DNA of 64,000 nt from an uncultured Gemmatimonadaceae bacterium (lineage in GTDB: Bacteria > Gemmatimonadota > Gemmatimonadetes > Gemmatimonadales > Gemmatimonadaceae): contig CAWGJO010000020.1 in the NCBI GenBank assembly GCA_963822945.1, positions 1-64,000 on the forward strand. Direction: 5' to 3'. Position 1 is the stretch's first letter, and every line of letters starts with the position of its first letter. The position numbers and the translations under genes are program-made. The notes under the pieces were generated by a model. That model saw only the letters and a list, made by a program, of their open reading frames with translations, had not been told where the DNA came from and did no database searches. This document shows positions 20,564 to 30,852 of the stretch, one piece after another.

Positions 20564-22182
20564 GGCGGTCCGCCGAGCCCGCGGAAGTAGGCGCGGAGTC
20601 CGTTGGCGATGCCGCGGGCGTATGCCTCCTGGAACTGCGGCGTGCGCAGCGCGGCCTCCTGTTGCGGCACGATCACGAAGGCCCCCTCACACAGGATCGA
20701 CGGCATCCACGTCTGCCGCACCACGGCCAGGCTGCGGAACACTACTCCCTGATCGGGCAGGCCCATGGCGGTCACCAGGCCGCGTTGCACGGCGCGGGCC
20801 AGCGGATCCGATTGGCCCCGGTAGAAGAACGTGGCGCTCCCCTCGGTGACGACGAACGGATTCACGCCGTCGGGCAGCGCGTTGAGATGGATCGAGACGA
20901 AGACCTCGGCGTTGGCGCGGCGCGCGATCACCGGGCGATCCTCGAGCCCCACCGGCTCGGTGTCCGTCCGCGTCATCACGACCCGGGCCCCCGCGGCTTC
21001 GAGCAGCGCCCGCAGCCGGTCGGCCACCGCGAGCACCGCGTTCCCCTCATACAGGCCGGTGGGCCCCGTGGCCCCCGCCGGAGGATGGCCGGCATCGATG
21101 GCGATCACGCGCCCGCGGAGCGGGTGCGCGCGATCGACCGCCGGCGGCCGGCGCACGCGAAGAACGAACCGGCCGTGGTTCCAGAGCACCAGATAGCCGA
21201 ACGGCGGCGCCGACAGGTGCAGCGTGTACCGCACCCGGTCGTTCGCGACCTGCGCCCATTCCACCCGGCGGATCAGCGAGTCGTCGGTGGGATAGCGAAT
21301 GATGTCGGTGTTGCCGCGCGTGTCGTAGAGCGTGAGGTCGATCGCGTGGTCGCGTTCCTCCACGAAATAGGCGGGACGGCTGCCCACGGGCAGCACGAAG
21401 TCTTCCCATCCGGGCGCCGAGCGCACGTCGCCGTTGCCGGCCACGCGCCAGGGAGCGCGCGCGTCGGCCCCCAGGGGGTGGGCCACGGAATCGGGCACCC
21501 AGACGTGGAGCGCGCTGTCCACGCGCAGCCGCGTGTAACCGCCGTCGCTCAGGTCACGCCAGACCACGGTGCCGGGAAGAAAGAACCAGTGGTACGTGTC
21601 GCCCGGACGGGGCCGCCCGACGATCGTGGCATCGGTGTCGGGAAGCTGTCCGGCCGCCGGATCGTCCAGCCGCACCCACTCGCCCGTCGTATCGGGTTCC
21701 ACGTGCGTGGTGTCGACGGCCGCGGTATCGGGCGTCGGCACGCGCACGGCGTGCGTGGCCCGCACGGTGTCGGCGCCCAGCGCAGCCACCAGCTCGTACT
21801 CCGGATGGTCGGCGGGCGGATTGGCAACGAACGCCATGAATGCGCCGTTGGGATACACGTGCGCCGGCTGGCCATCGATGGTGAGCGTGGCCTGGCCGTT
21901 GCCCACCGAGCCAAGCACGAACGTGGAATCGGCCGACGTGATGAGATGATCGCTGGCCGGATAGACCACGTGCACGGCCAGCGATCCGGCCACCACTGGG
22001 ATGGGCGGCAGGCCCGGCGGATGCTCGCGTACGGGCCGAACGGCGGGATGCGGCCGCACGGGGGGCCGCGTGGTGGAGTCGGCGGCGTGAGGCGTGGGAA
22101 CGGTGGTGGGAGTGGCTGGACGCGTGCAGGCCGCAATGGCGGCGACGGCGGCCAGCGCCAATCGTGGTACGGAGCGCGGCAT
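20560..22182 (-). CDS. N-acetylmuramoyl-L-alanine amidase (Amidase_3), lipoprotein
   Basis: Lipobox IAAC; IDAGH, E, MTR, VSIHLNA, PSILCEG. Confidence 0.9.
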   Translation of the reverse strand: MPRSVPRLALAAVAAIAACTRPATPTTVPTPHAADSTTRPPVRPHPAVRPVREHPPGLPPIPVVAGSLAVHVVYPASDHLITSADSTFVLGSVGNGQATLTIDGQPAHVYPNGAFMAFVANPPADHPEYELVAALGADTVRATHAVRVPTPDTAAVDTTHVEPDTTGEWVRLDDPAAGQLPDTDATIVGRPRPGDTYHWFFLPGTVVWRDLSDGGYTRLRVDSALHVWVPDSVAHPLGADARAPWRVAGNGDVRSAPGWEDFVLPVGSRPAYFVEERDHAIDLTLYDTRGNTDIIRYPTDDSLIRRVEWAQVANDRVRYTLHLSAPPFGYLVLWNHGRFVLRVRRPPAVDRAHPLRGRVIAIDAGHPPAGATGPTGLYEGNAVLAVADRLRALLEAAGARVVMTRTDTEPVGLEDRPVIARRANAEVFVSIHLNALPDGVNPFVVTEGSATFFYRGQSDPLARAVQRGLVTAMGLPDQGVVFRSLAVVRQTWMPSILCEGAFVIVPQQEAALRTPQFQEAYARGIANGLRAYFRGLGGPP

Positions 22183-22324
22183 CGTTGCAAGCTACGAACC
22201 CCGGTCGGGGGAGGGAAGCGACGGCCAATCCGACACTTGCGGCATGCGACCGGCTTCATTGACCCCCTTTTCCACGAGTCCTATATTCGCGCTTCATGGC
22301 GCTGTTTCAACCGGAGCCGACATC

Positions 22325-23434
22325 GTGACGGCCTGCACGTTCTGCGGACGTGAGAATGAGGCGGCCGCGCAATTCTGTATCGACTGCGGCAAGCCCATCC
22401 AGTCCACGGGCGCCCGCCAGGCGTCGGCCGGCGCACCCGATCCCGCCGATCAAACACGTCCACGTCCCACCTCGCAATCTCCGGTGTCACGCAAACCGAG
22501 CCCTTCCAGCGTTCCCAAGACCCGCGTGTCCAGCGCGCCGAGCCCGTCCCAGGCCGTGTGTTCGCGCTGCGGCCGCACGGTGGACGCCTCGCTCCCGTTC
22601 TGCGCCCACTGCGGCAACCGCGTGACCGTCGCGCCGGCCGACGGCGCCTGCCGCACGTGCGGTGCGCCGTTCCAGATCGGCGTGGACATGTACTGCGCCC
22701 GATGCGGCGCGCGCGTGGGCGAGCGCGTTTCGATCATGGAGCAGCAGGTGGCCGCCGGCACGCAGGTGTTCGGCGTGGCGCGCGGCGACGGGGGACCGAA
22801 GCTGTCGCTGCTCAACGATTCCGGCGACGTGGCGAAGATCTTCACGCTCGAGCGGGGCGAGGCCGTGGTGGGACGGGGCGAGGCCGACATCAAGTTCGCC
22901 GAGGACGTCTACATGTCGCCCCTCCACGCCCGCATCGACCTCCGCGACGGCGTGCTCTGGATCCGCGACCTGGGATCGCGGAACGCCAGTTGGGTCTTTC
23001 TCGACGCGGCCGCCAAACTCGTCGACGGCGATCGCGTGCTCGTCGGGTCGCAGGTGCTCCGGTTCCGGCGGCTCGGCTATCCCGGCCCGCACGCGCCGGA
23101 GGCCGACTCGACCCGGCGCATGGGCTCGCTCACCCCGTCGCTCGACATCGCGGTCTTCGAGCAACTCCGCGCCGACGGCAGCGTGCGCGACACCTTCCAC
23201 CTGTCGCCGGGCCGCAGCGTCCTGCTGGGACGCGAAACGGGCGACTGGACCTTTCCGTACGATCAGACGATGAGCGGACGTCACGCCGAGATCCGGTCCG
23301 AAGACGCCGACTTCTTCGTGCACGACGCGGGCAGTCGCAACGGAGTGGCGCTCGCCGTGCGTGGGGAGCAGTCGCTCAAGCGCGGCCAGCGCCTGCTGCT
23401 GGGCGACCAGATCCTCCGCGTGGAGACCGTGTGA
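22325..23434 (+). CDS. Triple zinc-ribbon + tandem FHA domain protein
   Basis: Three CxxC..CxxC pairs; two FHA motifs (GR..SPLH..DLGSRN; GR..SGRH..DAGSRNG); GTG start with GGAG SD. Confidence 0.85.
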   Translation: MTACTFCGRENEAAAQFCIDCGKPIQSTGARQASAGAPDPADQTRPRPTSQSPVSRKPSPSSVPKTRVSSAPSPSQAVCSRCGRTVDASLPFCAHCGNRVTVAPADGACRTCGAPFQIGVDMYCARCGARVGERVSIMEQQVAAGTQVFGVARGDGGPKLSLLNDSGDVAKIFTLERGEAVVGRGEADIKFAEDVYMSPLHARIDLRDGVLWIRDLGSRNASWVFLDAAAKLVDGDRVLVGSQVLRFRRLGYPGPHAPEADSTRRMGSLTPSLDIAVFEQLRADGSVRDTFHLSPGRSVLLGRETGDWTFPYDQTMSGRHAEIRSEDADFFVHDAGSRNGVALAVRGEQSLKRGQRLLLGDQILRVETV

Positions 23435-25026
23435 GCCGATTGAAGATCTGCCCGCAGTGCGGCGCCGAGTACGAACTCGACCAGCGTTTCTGTCCTAAGG
23501 ACGGCTCGACGCTGCGTACCCAGGGTGAATCGCGCGACCTCGTCGGCTCGATCGTCGCCGATCGCTACCACGTGCTGCGCCAGCTGGGCGAGGGCGGCAT
23601 GGGACGCGTCTACCTCGCCGAGCATGTGAAGATGGGGCGCAAGAGCGCCGTGAAGGTGATGAATCCGCAGATGGTGCACGACGCGGAGGCCATCGGCCGC
23701 TTCAACCGCGAAGCCGCGAACGCCAGCCGCATCAGCCATCCGAACGTCGCCGCCGTCTACGATTTCGGCGAGACGGACGAGGGCGTCATCTACCTGGCCA
23801 TGGAGTTCGTCGACGGGCCGCCCCTGTCCGCGCTCATCGCGCAGCAGGGCAGCCTGCCCCCGCTGCGGGCGGCCGATATCGCGCGGCAGGTCGCCGACGC
23901 GCTGTCCGCCGCCCACGACATGGGCATCGTCCATCGCGACCTCAAGCCCGACAACATCATGGTGGCCCGCAACCGCGACGGATCCGACCTCGTGAAGGTG
24001 GTCGACTTCGGCATCGCGAAGACGGCCGGCAGCCAGGCGCAGAAGGTGACGAAGACCGGCTACGTGGTCGGCACCCCCGACTACATGAGTCCCGAGCAGT
24101 TGGCCGGCGACGAGCTGGACGGGCGCAGCGACATCTACTCGCTGGGGCTCGTGACGTTCAACATGCTCACCGGCACCCTGCCCTTCGCCGCCGAATCGGC
24201 GCAGGAGACCATGCTCATGCGACTCACCGACCGCCCGCGGTCGCTGTCGGAGGCGCGACCCGACCGAGCATGGACTCCCGAGGTCCAGGCGGTGATGGAC
24301 CGGGTCCTTGAGCGCGATGCCAACCGGCGCTACCAGACGGCCGCCGAGTTCGGTCGCGACCTGTACCGGGCGGTCGAGGCAATGCCCGAGAGCGTGGCCG
24401 CCAGCGCGGGCACCCGGGTGCTCGTGGAGCCGACGGGAGGAATCCCCGAGACCCGCGTCGCCGGCGCGGCGGTCTCGCCCGCGCCGACACCCTCGGGCAA
24501 GAGCAAGGTGCCGCTCATCGCGGCGATTGCGACCGTGGTCGTGCTGGGCGGCGGCGGGACGGCCGCCCTCATCCTGAAGGCGGAATCGCGGGCCGCACCG
24601 CCGGGACCACAACAGCAGGACCACGCGGCACCGGATACGGCCGTGGCTCCGTCCGGTACCGCGTCCACGTCGGGAGAGGGCCGGCAACTGGCGAGCGCCG
24701 CCGGACGGCGACCCCAGCCGAATCCGGCGCAGCCACCCACGGCGACGGTGGACTTCCCGGCGCAGTTTCGCCGCCTCGAGGCCCTCACCGACATCGCCGA
24801 CGGCACGGAGTCGAGCGCGGCGCGGGCCTGGCTCGTCATCGATTCGATCGCCCCGTTCGCCACGACCCCAGACGACAGCGCGCACCTCGACCTCCTGCGC
24901 GCGTTCGCCAAGCAACTGCAACACGACGACGCCGGCGCCTGTGCCTGGGCGCAGCAGGGATACGCGCTTGCCCACGACCCACTGTTGAAGAAGCGACTCG
25001 CCCCCATCGTGCGCGCGTGCAATTGA
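23431..25026 (+). CDS. Membrane Ser/Thr kinase with N-terminal zinc ribbon
   Basis: CPQC..CPKDG; GEGGMG, HRDLKPDN, DFG, GTPDYMSPEQ; one TM helix and a C-terminal domain; GTGA overlap. Confidence 0.92.
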   Translation: MSRLKICPQCGAEYELDQRFCPKDGSTLRTQGESRDLVGSIVADRYHVLRQLGEGGMGRVYLAEHVKMGRKSAVKVMNPQMVHDAEAIGRFNREAANASRISHPNVAAVYDFGETDEGVIYLAMEFVDGPPLSALIAQQGSLPPLRAADIARQVADALSAAHDMGIVHRDLKPDNIMVARNRDGSDLVKVVDFGIAKTAGSQAQKVTKTGYVVGTPDYMSPEQLAGDELDGRSDIYSLGLVTFNMLTGTLPFAAESAQETMLMRLTDRPRSLSEARPDRAWTPEVQAVMDRVLERDANRRYQTAAEFGRDLYRAVEAMPESVAASAGTRVLVEPTGGIPETRVAGAAVSPAPTPSGKSKVPLIAAIATVVVLGGGGTAALILKAESRAAPPGPQQQDHAAPDTAVAPSGTASTSGEGRQLASAAGRRPQPNPAQPPTATVDFPAQFRRLEALTDIADGTESSAARAWLVIDSIAPFATTPDDSAHLDLLRAFAKQLQHDDAGACAWAQQGYALAHDPLLKKRLAPIVRACN

Positions 25027-25048
25027 CCGCCATCTGACCCCACCCTCC

Positions 25049-26191
25049 ATGCCTTCCTCCGGCGACTCTGCTCGCGGGTCCGTGATCGTCCACGTGTTCG
25101 GCAAGACCGACGTGGGGCGCACGCGCGAGCACAACGAAGACGCCTTCGTCGTCGCCGACCTCACCGCCGACGATGCGTCGCTGCAGCCGTCGGTGCGCAC
25201 GCACACCGCCGGTGAGCGCGGCACGCTGTTCATGGTGGCCGACGGCATGGGCGGCGCGGCGGCCGGAGAGATCGCCAGCGAGATGGCCACGTCCATCGTG
25301 CTCCGGGAGCTGCGGCGCGCGTGGCTCGCGCATCCCACCGCCGACGGCGAGAGTTTCGCCAAGGCCATCCGGCGCGCCGCCGCCGTGGCCAACGCCGAGA
25401 TCAACACCTTCGCCGCCACCCACGCCGAGTACCGCGGCATGGGCACCACCGCCACCATCGCCGGCCTGCTCGGCGACACGCTGTACGTGGCCCAGGTGGG
25501 CGACAGCCGTGCCTATCTCGTGCGCGACGGCGTCGCCCGCCAGATCACGAAGGACCAGTCGCTGATGCAGAAGCTCGTGGAGGCCGGCGAGATCACCGAG
25601 GAGGAGGCGGAGCACAGCGAACGCCGCAACATCATCCTGCAGGCGCTCGGCCCCGAAGCGTCGGTGAAGGTGGACCTCACGCACCAGAAGCTGCGCCGTG
25701 GCGATACGCTCGTGCTCTGCAGCGACGGACTCTCCGGCCAGGTCTCGCGGGACGAGATCGCCGCGGTCGTGCGCCGGGAGCCCGACCTCGCGACGGTGTG
25801 CAAGCGGCTCATCGACATGGCCAACGGCGCCGGCGGGCCCGACAACATCACCGTCATCGCGGCCCGGTTCGACGGCGAGGGACTGGAGTCGGCCGCCGCC
25901 GGCGACGAGGTCGGCCATCGCGTCTTCCCCATCGCCGACTCGGGCAGCACCCCGTCCCGGGGCAGCGATCAGGTGGCCGACGACCACCGCCGCATCACCA
26001 CGCCCGTGCGCGCCGTGAAGGCCGCGTCGCTCCCGCTCCCCGTCCCGACCCCACCCGCCGATGCCCCGATGGTGAGCGAGGAACGCCGGGCCCGCGGGCG
26101 CGCCATCCAGCGCCTGTTGCTCGTGACGCTCGTGGTGGCCGCCGGCCTGGCCGTGGTCTGGTGGATCGGACGCATGACGCACCGCAATTGA
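25049..26191 (+). CDS. PP2C-type Ser/Thr phosphatase (Stp1/PrpC-like) with C-terminal TM
   Basis: TDVGRTREHNED, VADGMGG, MGTT, VGDSRAY, CSDGL, GGPDNIT. Confidence 0.93.
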   Translation: MPSSGDSARGSVIVHVFGKTDVGRTREHNEDAFVVADLTADDASLQPSVRTHTAGERGTLFMVADGMGGAAAGEIASEMATSIVLRELRRAWLAHPTADGESFAKAIRRAAAVANAEINTFAATHAEYRGMGTTATIAGLLGDTLYVAQVGDSRAYLVRDGVARQITKDQSLMQKLVEAGEITEEEAEHSERRNIILQALGPEASVKVDLTHQKLRRGDTLVLCSDGLSGQVSRDEIAAVVRREPDLATVCKRLIDMANGAGGPDNITVIAARFDGEGLESAAAGDEVGHRVFPIADSGSTPSRGSDQVADDHRRITTPVRAVKAASLPLPVPTPPADAPMVSEERRARGRAIQRLLLVTLVVAAGLAVVWWIGRMTHRN

Positions 26192-26192
26192 C

Positions 26193-27582
26193 GTGGCCCT
26201 GGAGATCCGCATTCTGGGCGGCGCCCGGGCCGGCCAGCGGGAGGTGTTCGACCAGTCGGTGATCGCCATCGGGCGCCACCCGTCGAGCGACCTCCGCTTC
26301 GATCCCGAACGCGACCTCGACGTCTCGACTCGGCACGCCGAGATCCGCCGCGTCGACCGCCGGTACGTCATCCACGACAACACGAGCACCAACGGCACCT
26401 TCGTGAACGGGGAGCGCGTGCTCCCCGACCGCGAGCTGCACGACGGCGACCGCATCGCATTCGGCGACCAGGGGCCGCAGGTGGTGGTGCATCTCGTGGC
26501 CGCGCGGCCGACGGTGCCCCGCACGGCGGCCGCCTCGGACGCCTCGCCGGCACGGCCCGGCGCGGCGACGCCCGCGCGCGACGCGCCGCGCGACTCCACC
26601 ACGGCGCGCATCGCGATCGCGGTCCGGCAACGCACGTCGTGGCTCACCAGGATACTGGTGGCGGTGGTCGTGGTGCTGGTCGCCGCCATCGGCGTCGCCT
26701 TCTGGCTGGGCCACCGCGCGTCGGAAGCGCAGCTCCAGGAGCTGCGCCGGATGGTGGCGCGAAACGAGGCGGCATCGGCGGCGCTGGGGGCACGGCTGCA
26801 GTCCGTGGCGGACTCCAGCGTGGCGCAGGCTCTGCAGCGCCAGATCGATTCGCTCAGTGCGCGGGTCAACCGGACGCCGGCCCGGGTCGGGCCGCACGCT
26901 CGACTCCCTGCAGGCAGCGCTCGCGTCGCAGCACCGGCTGCTGACCATGGACGTGCCGGCCATCAACGCCCGCAACGCGCCCGCGGTCGCGATCCTGTAC
27001 GCGGAGATCGGGGGCACGCCGTACGGCGGCACCGCGTTCGGCATCACCGCCGGAGGGCTGCTGGTGACCAACCGGCACAACGTGCAGGCCGCCGACGGCA
27101 CCCCGGCCGCGCGCCTCGCCGTGACCTTCCGCGACACGAAGGACGTGCTGCCGGCGCACGTCGTGAAGGTGAGCGACGATCCGGCGGTCGATCTGGCCCT
27201 CGTCCAGATCGACCGCCCGGGGCCGTTCCCCGTCGTCGCCGGCATCAGCCCCGCGGCCGCCGCCGCGCCCGAGGGCGCGCCGGTGGTGACCATCGGCTTC
27301 CCGCTGATCAACGACCTCGTCGCGGCCGGCGACGACTCCGGCCTCGTGGCCAGGTCGGCGCTCGACCCCGGCACGGTGAGCCGGCGGACCCCCGCCATCC
27401 TCCAGATCGATGCCTACGCCGCGCGCGGCTCCAGCGGGAGTCCGGTGTTCAACGCGAGCGGCGACGTGGTGGGCGTCGTGTATGGCGGTCCCGCCGATGG
27501 CGCGGGCCGCGTCGTCTACGCCGTGCCGGCCGACCGGCTGGCGGCGTTCCTGCCGCCCGGCGCGCGCGCGACGATCAGGTAG
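26193..27582 (+). CDS. FHA - TM - coiled coil - trypsin-like serine protease; frameshift near 26880-26900
   Basis: FHA (GRH..STRH..STNGTFVNG), TM helix, then triad motifs TNRHNV, VDLALV, GSSGSP in the adjacent frame. Confidence 0.82.
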
Positions 27583-28732
27583 CGCCGGGCGTGAGCTTGC
27601 CGAGCACGCGCGGGCCCGACGCGCCGGTAGCGCGCGGCACGTTGGCCGGGCGCCGCTCCACGAACAGGTGAGCGAGCAGCGCGAACGCCACCGCTTCCTT
27701 CGCCTCGTCGTCGAAGTAGGCATCGCTGAACCGGCGCGTGGCCACCGGCGCCACCGCCTCGGCGATCATCGACACCAGCGCGGCGTTCTTCGCCCCGCCG
27801 CCGGAGAGCAGCAACTCCGCCACCGGCTCCGGCATGAAGCGGCGATACGCGTCGGCCACGCTCCGCGCGGTGAGCGCGGTCGCCGTCGCGACGATGTCGT
27901 CGCGCGACGCGCCGGCATCGGCCTGGCGGCAGAGCATGATGAGGCGGCTCACGTACGCCGCGCCGAACAGCTCGCGGCCGGTGGACTTGGGCGGCTCGGC
28001 AGCAAAGTACGCGTCGTCGAGCAGCGTCTCGACCACGCGGGTACTCGGTGTGCCGGCCTTCGCGTACGCGCCCCCCGCATCGTACCGCTCGCCCGGGTAG
28101 AGCGCGCGCACCACGCCGTCGATCACCGCCATCCCCGGGCCGGTGTCGAACGCGCGCACGCCGCTCAGCTCCCCGTGCGGGGGAACCACGGTGACGTTGC
28201 CGATTCCGCCGAGGTTCTGCAGCGCCCGCCACGCGCCCGACGCGAACAGCAGCGCGTCGGCGATCGGCACCAGCGGGGCGCCCTGGCCGCCGGCCGCGAG
28301 GTCGCGCACGCGGAAGTCGCTCACCACATCGATGCCGGTGCGCTCGGCGATCACCGCCGGCTCCCCGAGCTGCCAGGTGGAGTGCGGCGGCTCGTGCCAC
28401 AGCGTCTGCCCGTGCGACGCGATGGCCCGCACCTCGTCGCGCGCCACGCCCGCTTCGGCGAGCACCGCGACGGCCGCGTCTGCCAGCCAGTGTCCAAGGT
28501 CGAACTGCAGGCGGCAGTAGTCGCGCGCCGTCCCGGCCGACATCGCGGCCTGCAGCGCGTCGCGCTGCGCGGCGGTGTAGTCGCGCACGGCGAACGCGAG
28601 CATCTCGGGCTCGAATCCCGTCCCCCGCGCGTGGAGGCGCACGGCCACCGCCGAGATGCCGTCGAGCGAGGTTCCCGACATCAGCCCCACGTACACGGGC
28701 GGGCGCGGCGCGGCCTCGGGGACGCCGGTCAT
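27575..28732 (-). CDS. anmK: Anhydro-N-acetylmuramic acid kinase
   Basis: GLMSGTSLDG, SHGQT, DLAAGGQGAPLVP, NLGGIGN, FDTGPG, PPKSTGRELF, KEAVAFA. Confidence 0.95.
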   Translation of the reverse strand: MTGVPEAAPRPPVYVGLMSGTSLDGISAVAVRLHARGTGFEPEMLAFAVRDYTAAQRDALQAAMSAGTARDYCRLQFDLGHWLADAAVAVLAEAGVARDEVRAIASHGQTLWHEPPHSTWQLGEPAVIAERTGIDVVSDFRVRDLAAGGQGAPLVPIADALLFASGAWRALQNLGGIGNVTVVPPHGELSGVRAFDTGPGMAVIDGVVRALYPGERYDAGGAYAKAGTPSTRVVETLLDDAYFAAEPPKSTGRELFGAAYVSRLIMLCRQADAGASRDDIVATATALTARSVADAYRRFMPEPVAELLLSGGGAKNAALVSMIAEAVAPVATRRFSDAYFDDEAKEAVAFALLAHLFVERRPANVPRATGASGPRVLGKLTPGAT

Positions 28733-29652
28733 TTCACCGGGGGCGGCTGGCGACGGATCACGCGCCGGATCACTCCCCCCTCGCGCGCCAGCGCCGCCTC
28801 GGCGGCCGGGCGGTCGACGCCAAGGAAGTGCATCACGATCGCCGTCTTCACGCTCCCGCCCGCCCCGTCGAGCAGCGCGCCCGCCTCGTCGGCGGTCACG
28901 TCGCACACCTCGGCGACGATGCGCCGGCTCCGGTCGCCGAGTTTGGCGTTGGTGGCCTGCAGATCGACCATCAGGTTGCCGTAGGTCTTGCCCAGGCGGA
29001 TCATCGCCCCGGTGGTGATCATGTTGAGCACCAGCTTGGTGGCCGTGCCCGCCTTGAGACGCGTGGATCCCGTGACCGCCTCCGGCCCGGTGATCGGCAG
29101 GATCACGATGTCGGCCACGGGCGCGTCCGACGCGGGCGGCGGCGAGCAGGCCACGAACGCCGTGGACGCGCCGACGCTCCTCGCGTGCTCGAGCGCGCGG
29201 CGCACGTACGGCGTGGTGCCCGAGGCCGCGATGCCGATCACGAAGTCGCCTTCGCGCACGCCGGCGGCGTCCAGATCGCGCACCGCGTCTTCCACCCGGT
29301 CTTCGGCGCGCTCCTGCGATCGGGTGAGTGCCGCCGGGCCGCCGGCGATGATTCCCTGCACCAGGTCGGGATCGCTGCCGAACGTGGGCGGGCACTCCGA
29401 GGCGTCGAGCACGCCCAGCCGGCCCGACGTGCCGGCGCCGACGTAGAACAGGCGTCCCCGCCGGCGGAAGGTGCGCTCGGCCTCGGCGATCGCCGCGGCA
29501 ATGGCGGCGCGCTCGCCGTGCACGGCCGCGGGCACCAGACGATCCTCGGCCGCCATGAGATCGACGATCTCGAGAGGGGTGGCGAGGTCGATATCGGCCG
29601 TGCGCGGATTGCGCTGCTCGGTGATGCGCGGGTCGTTCGTGCTGGCGGCCAC
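28729..29652 (-). CDS. murQ: N-acetylmuramic acid 6-phosphate etherase
   Basis: TEQRNP, GAGTSGRLGVLDASECPPTF, GPEAVTGSTRLKAGTATK, GNLMVD. Confidence 0.96.
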   Translation of the reverse strand: MAASTNDPRITEQRNPRTADIDLATPLEIVDLMAAEDRLVPAAVHGERAAIAAAIAEAERTFRRRGRLFYVGAGTSGRLGVLDASECPPTFGSDPDLVQGIIAGGPAALTRSQERAEDRVEDAVRDLDAAGVREGDFVIGIAASGTTPYVRRALEHARSVGASTAFVACSPPPASDAPVADIVILPITGPEAVTGSTRLKAGTATKLVLNMITTGAMIRLGKTYGNLMVDLQATNAKLGDRSRRIVAEVCDVTADEAGALLDGAGGSVKTAIVMHFLGVDRPAAEAALAREGGVIRRVIRRQPPPVK

Positions 29653-29758
29653 GGGATCCGGTGCGGGGGCTCGAAGGGTCGTCCGGGTACCGTGCCGCGT
29701 GCCCGGACCAAGGGGTAAGTCTACCGATCGCGGACGAGACGCGGCAAGCGCGAACGCA

Positions 29759-29797
29759 GAACGCGGGCCGCGCGATCGAGTCGCGCGGCCCGCGTTC
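29759..29797 (-). terminator. Long GC hairpin after the lipoprotein gene
   Basis: 17-bp perfect stem GAACGCGGGCCGCGCGA / TCGCGCGGCCCGCGTTC. Confidence 0.6.
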
Positions 29798-29815
29798 CGT
29801 GTCCCTGCCGCCGTG

Positions 29816-30601
29816 CTAGTGGATCGTTACCGGCGACTTCAGCTTGATGGTCATGTCGCTGCCCTGCGCGATGCAGCCTTCGAAGTTGGCCGTCGTGGCG
29901 GCAACCGCGCCGCCCGCCGCGGCTCCGGCGGCGGCACCCGCCACCGCGCCCTTGGTGCTCTTGCCGATGAGCTTGCCGGCAATGGCGCCGATCACCGCCC
30001 CGCCCACGACCTTCTGCACGTCCTTCGACGTGGGCTCATTGCGCACGCGGTCGATCTTCTCCTCGGTCACCGTGGCGCTGAGGGGGTAGGTCTCGCCGCC
30101 GAACGTCACCGACACCGGGTTGAAGCCCATGTCGATGGGATCCTTGACGTTCTCGCTGCGCTTCAGCGCGGTGATCTCGAGCTTCACCGTGGCGCCGGCC
30201 GGAATGCTCAGCCCGTTGGTTGCGGGCACCGCGTCAGCCAGGGTGGCCGTCAACGTATCGCCCACCTTGTGGGTGTTGGTGCACACCTTCTCGCTCGGGT
30301 GCAGCAGCATCGCCGTGCCCACGGCCACCTCGCCCGTGGCCCGCGCCACCGGCTTCGGCGCTGCCGGCTTCGGACGCGCCGGCGCCGGCTTGGCGGCGGG
30401 AGCAGGGGTCGTAGCCGCCGGCGTCTTGGCTGCGGCCGCCGTGTCGCCCAGCCCGGGCCGCGCGGCCGTGTCGCCACCCGCCATCTGCAGATCGGCGCTC
30501 AACGCCGTGTCGTTCGCCGCTGCGCCCTTGTTGCCACCGCAGGCTGCGACGGCCACCATGAGCGCGAGCGCTCCCGCGATGCGGCTTGGATAACTCGTCA
30601 T
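29816..30601 (-). CDS. Lipoprotein with Pro/Ala linker and glycine-zipper helices
   Basis: Lipobox VAAC; GGAVIGAIAG..GAVAGAAAGAAAG; GGAGG SD. Confidence 0.8.
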   Translation of the reverse strand: MTSYPSRIAGALALMVAVAACGGNKGAAANDTALSADLQMAGGDTAARPGLGDTAAAAKTPAATTPAPAAKPAPARPKPAAPKPVARATGEVAVGTAMLLHPSEKVCTNTHKVGDTLTATLADAVPATNGLSIPAGATVKLEITALKRSENVKDPIDMGFNPVSVTFGGETYPLSATVTEEKIDRVRNEPTSKDVQKVVGGAVIGAIAGKLIGKSTKGAVAGAAAGAAAGGAVAATTANFEGCIAQGSDMTIKLKSPVTIH

Positions 30602-30852
30602 GCTCCCTCCTCCACTGTTGCGGCTCCCACGGGCGGATGTTCTGGTCACCGCGCCCGGAATGGGGCCATGAGTAGCAGCTGCGCGCGCTGCATGCGGACC
30701 CGCGACCGTCAGCAAGGTAGTCGGTCCAGCGGTATATTCTGTCCGTGTGCTCCCCAAATATACGCCGTTCCCGACGGATGGATTATACCAGGGAGGGGCA
30801 GAAATGTCCCACCGCATGACCGGAAATCGCGGTCTGCCCACGGGAGCGTCCC

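Noticed and set aside
17633..20590. Long antisense or alternate-frame ORFs (here, 57904-60666 and many others)
   Set aside because: Shadow ORFs typical of high-GC DNA; Arg/Ala/Pro-rich and overlapping well-supported genes
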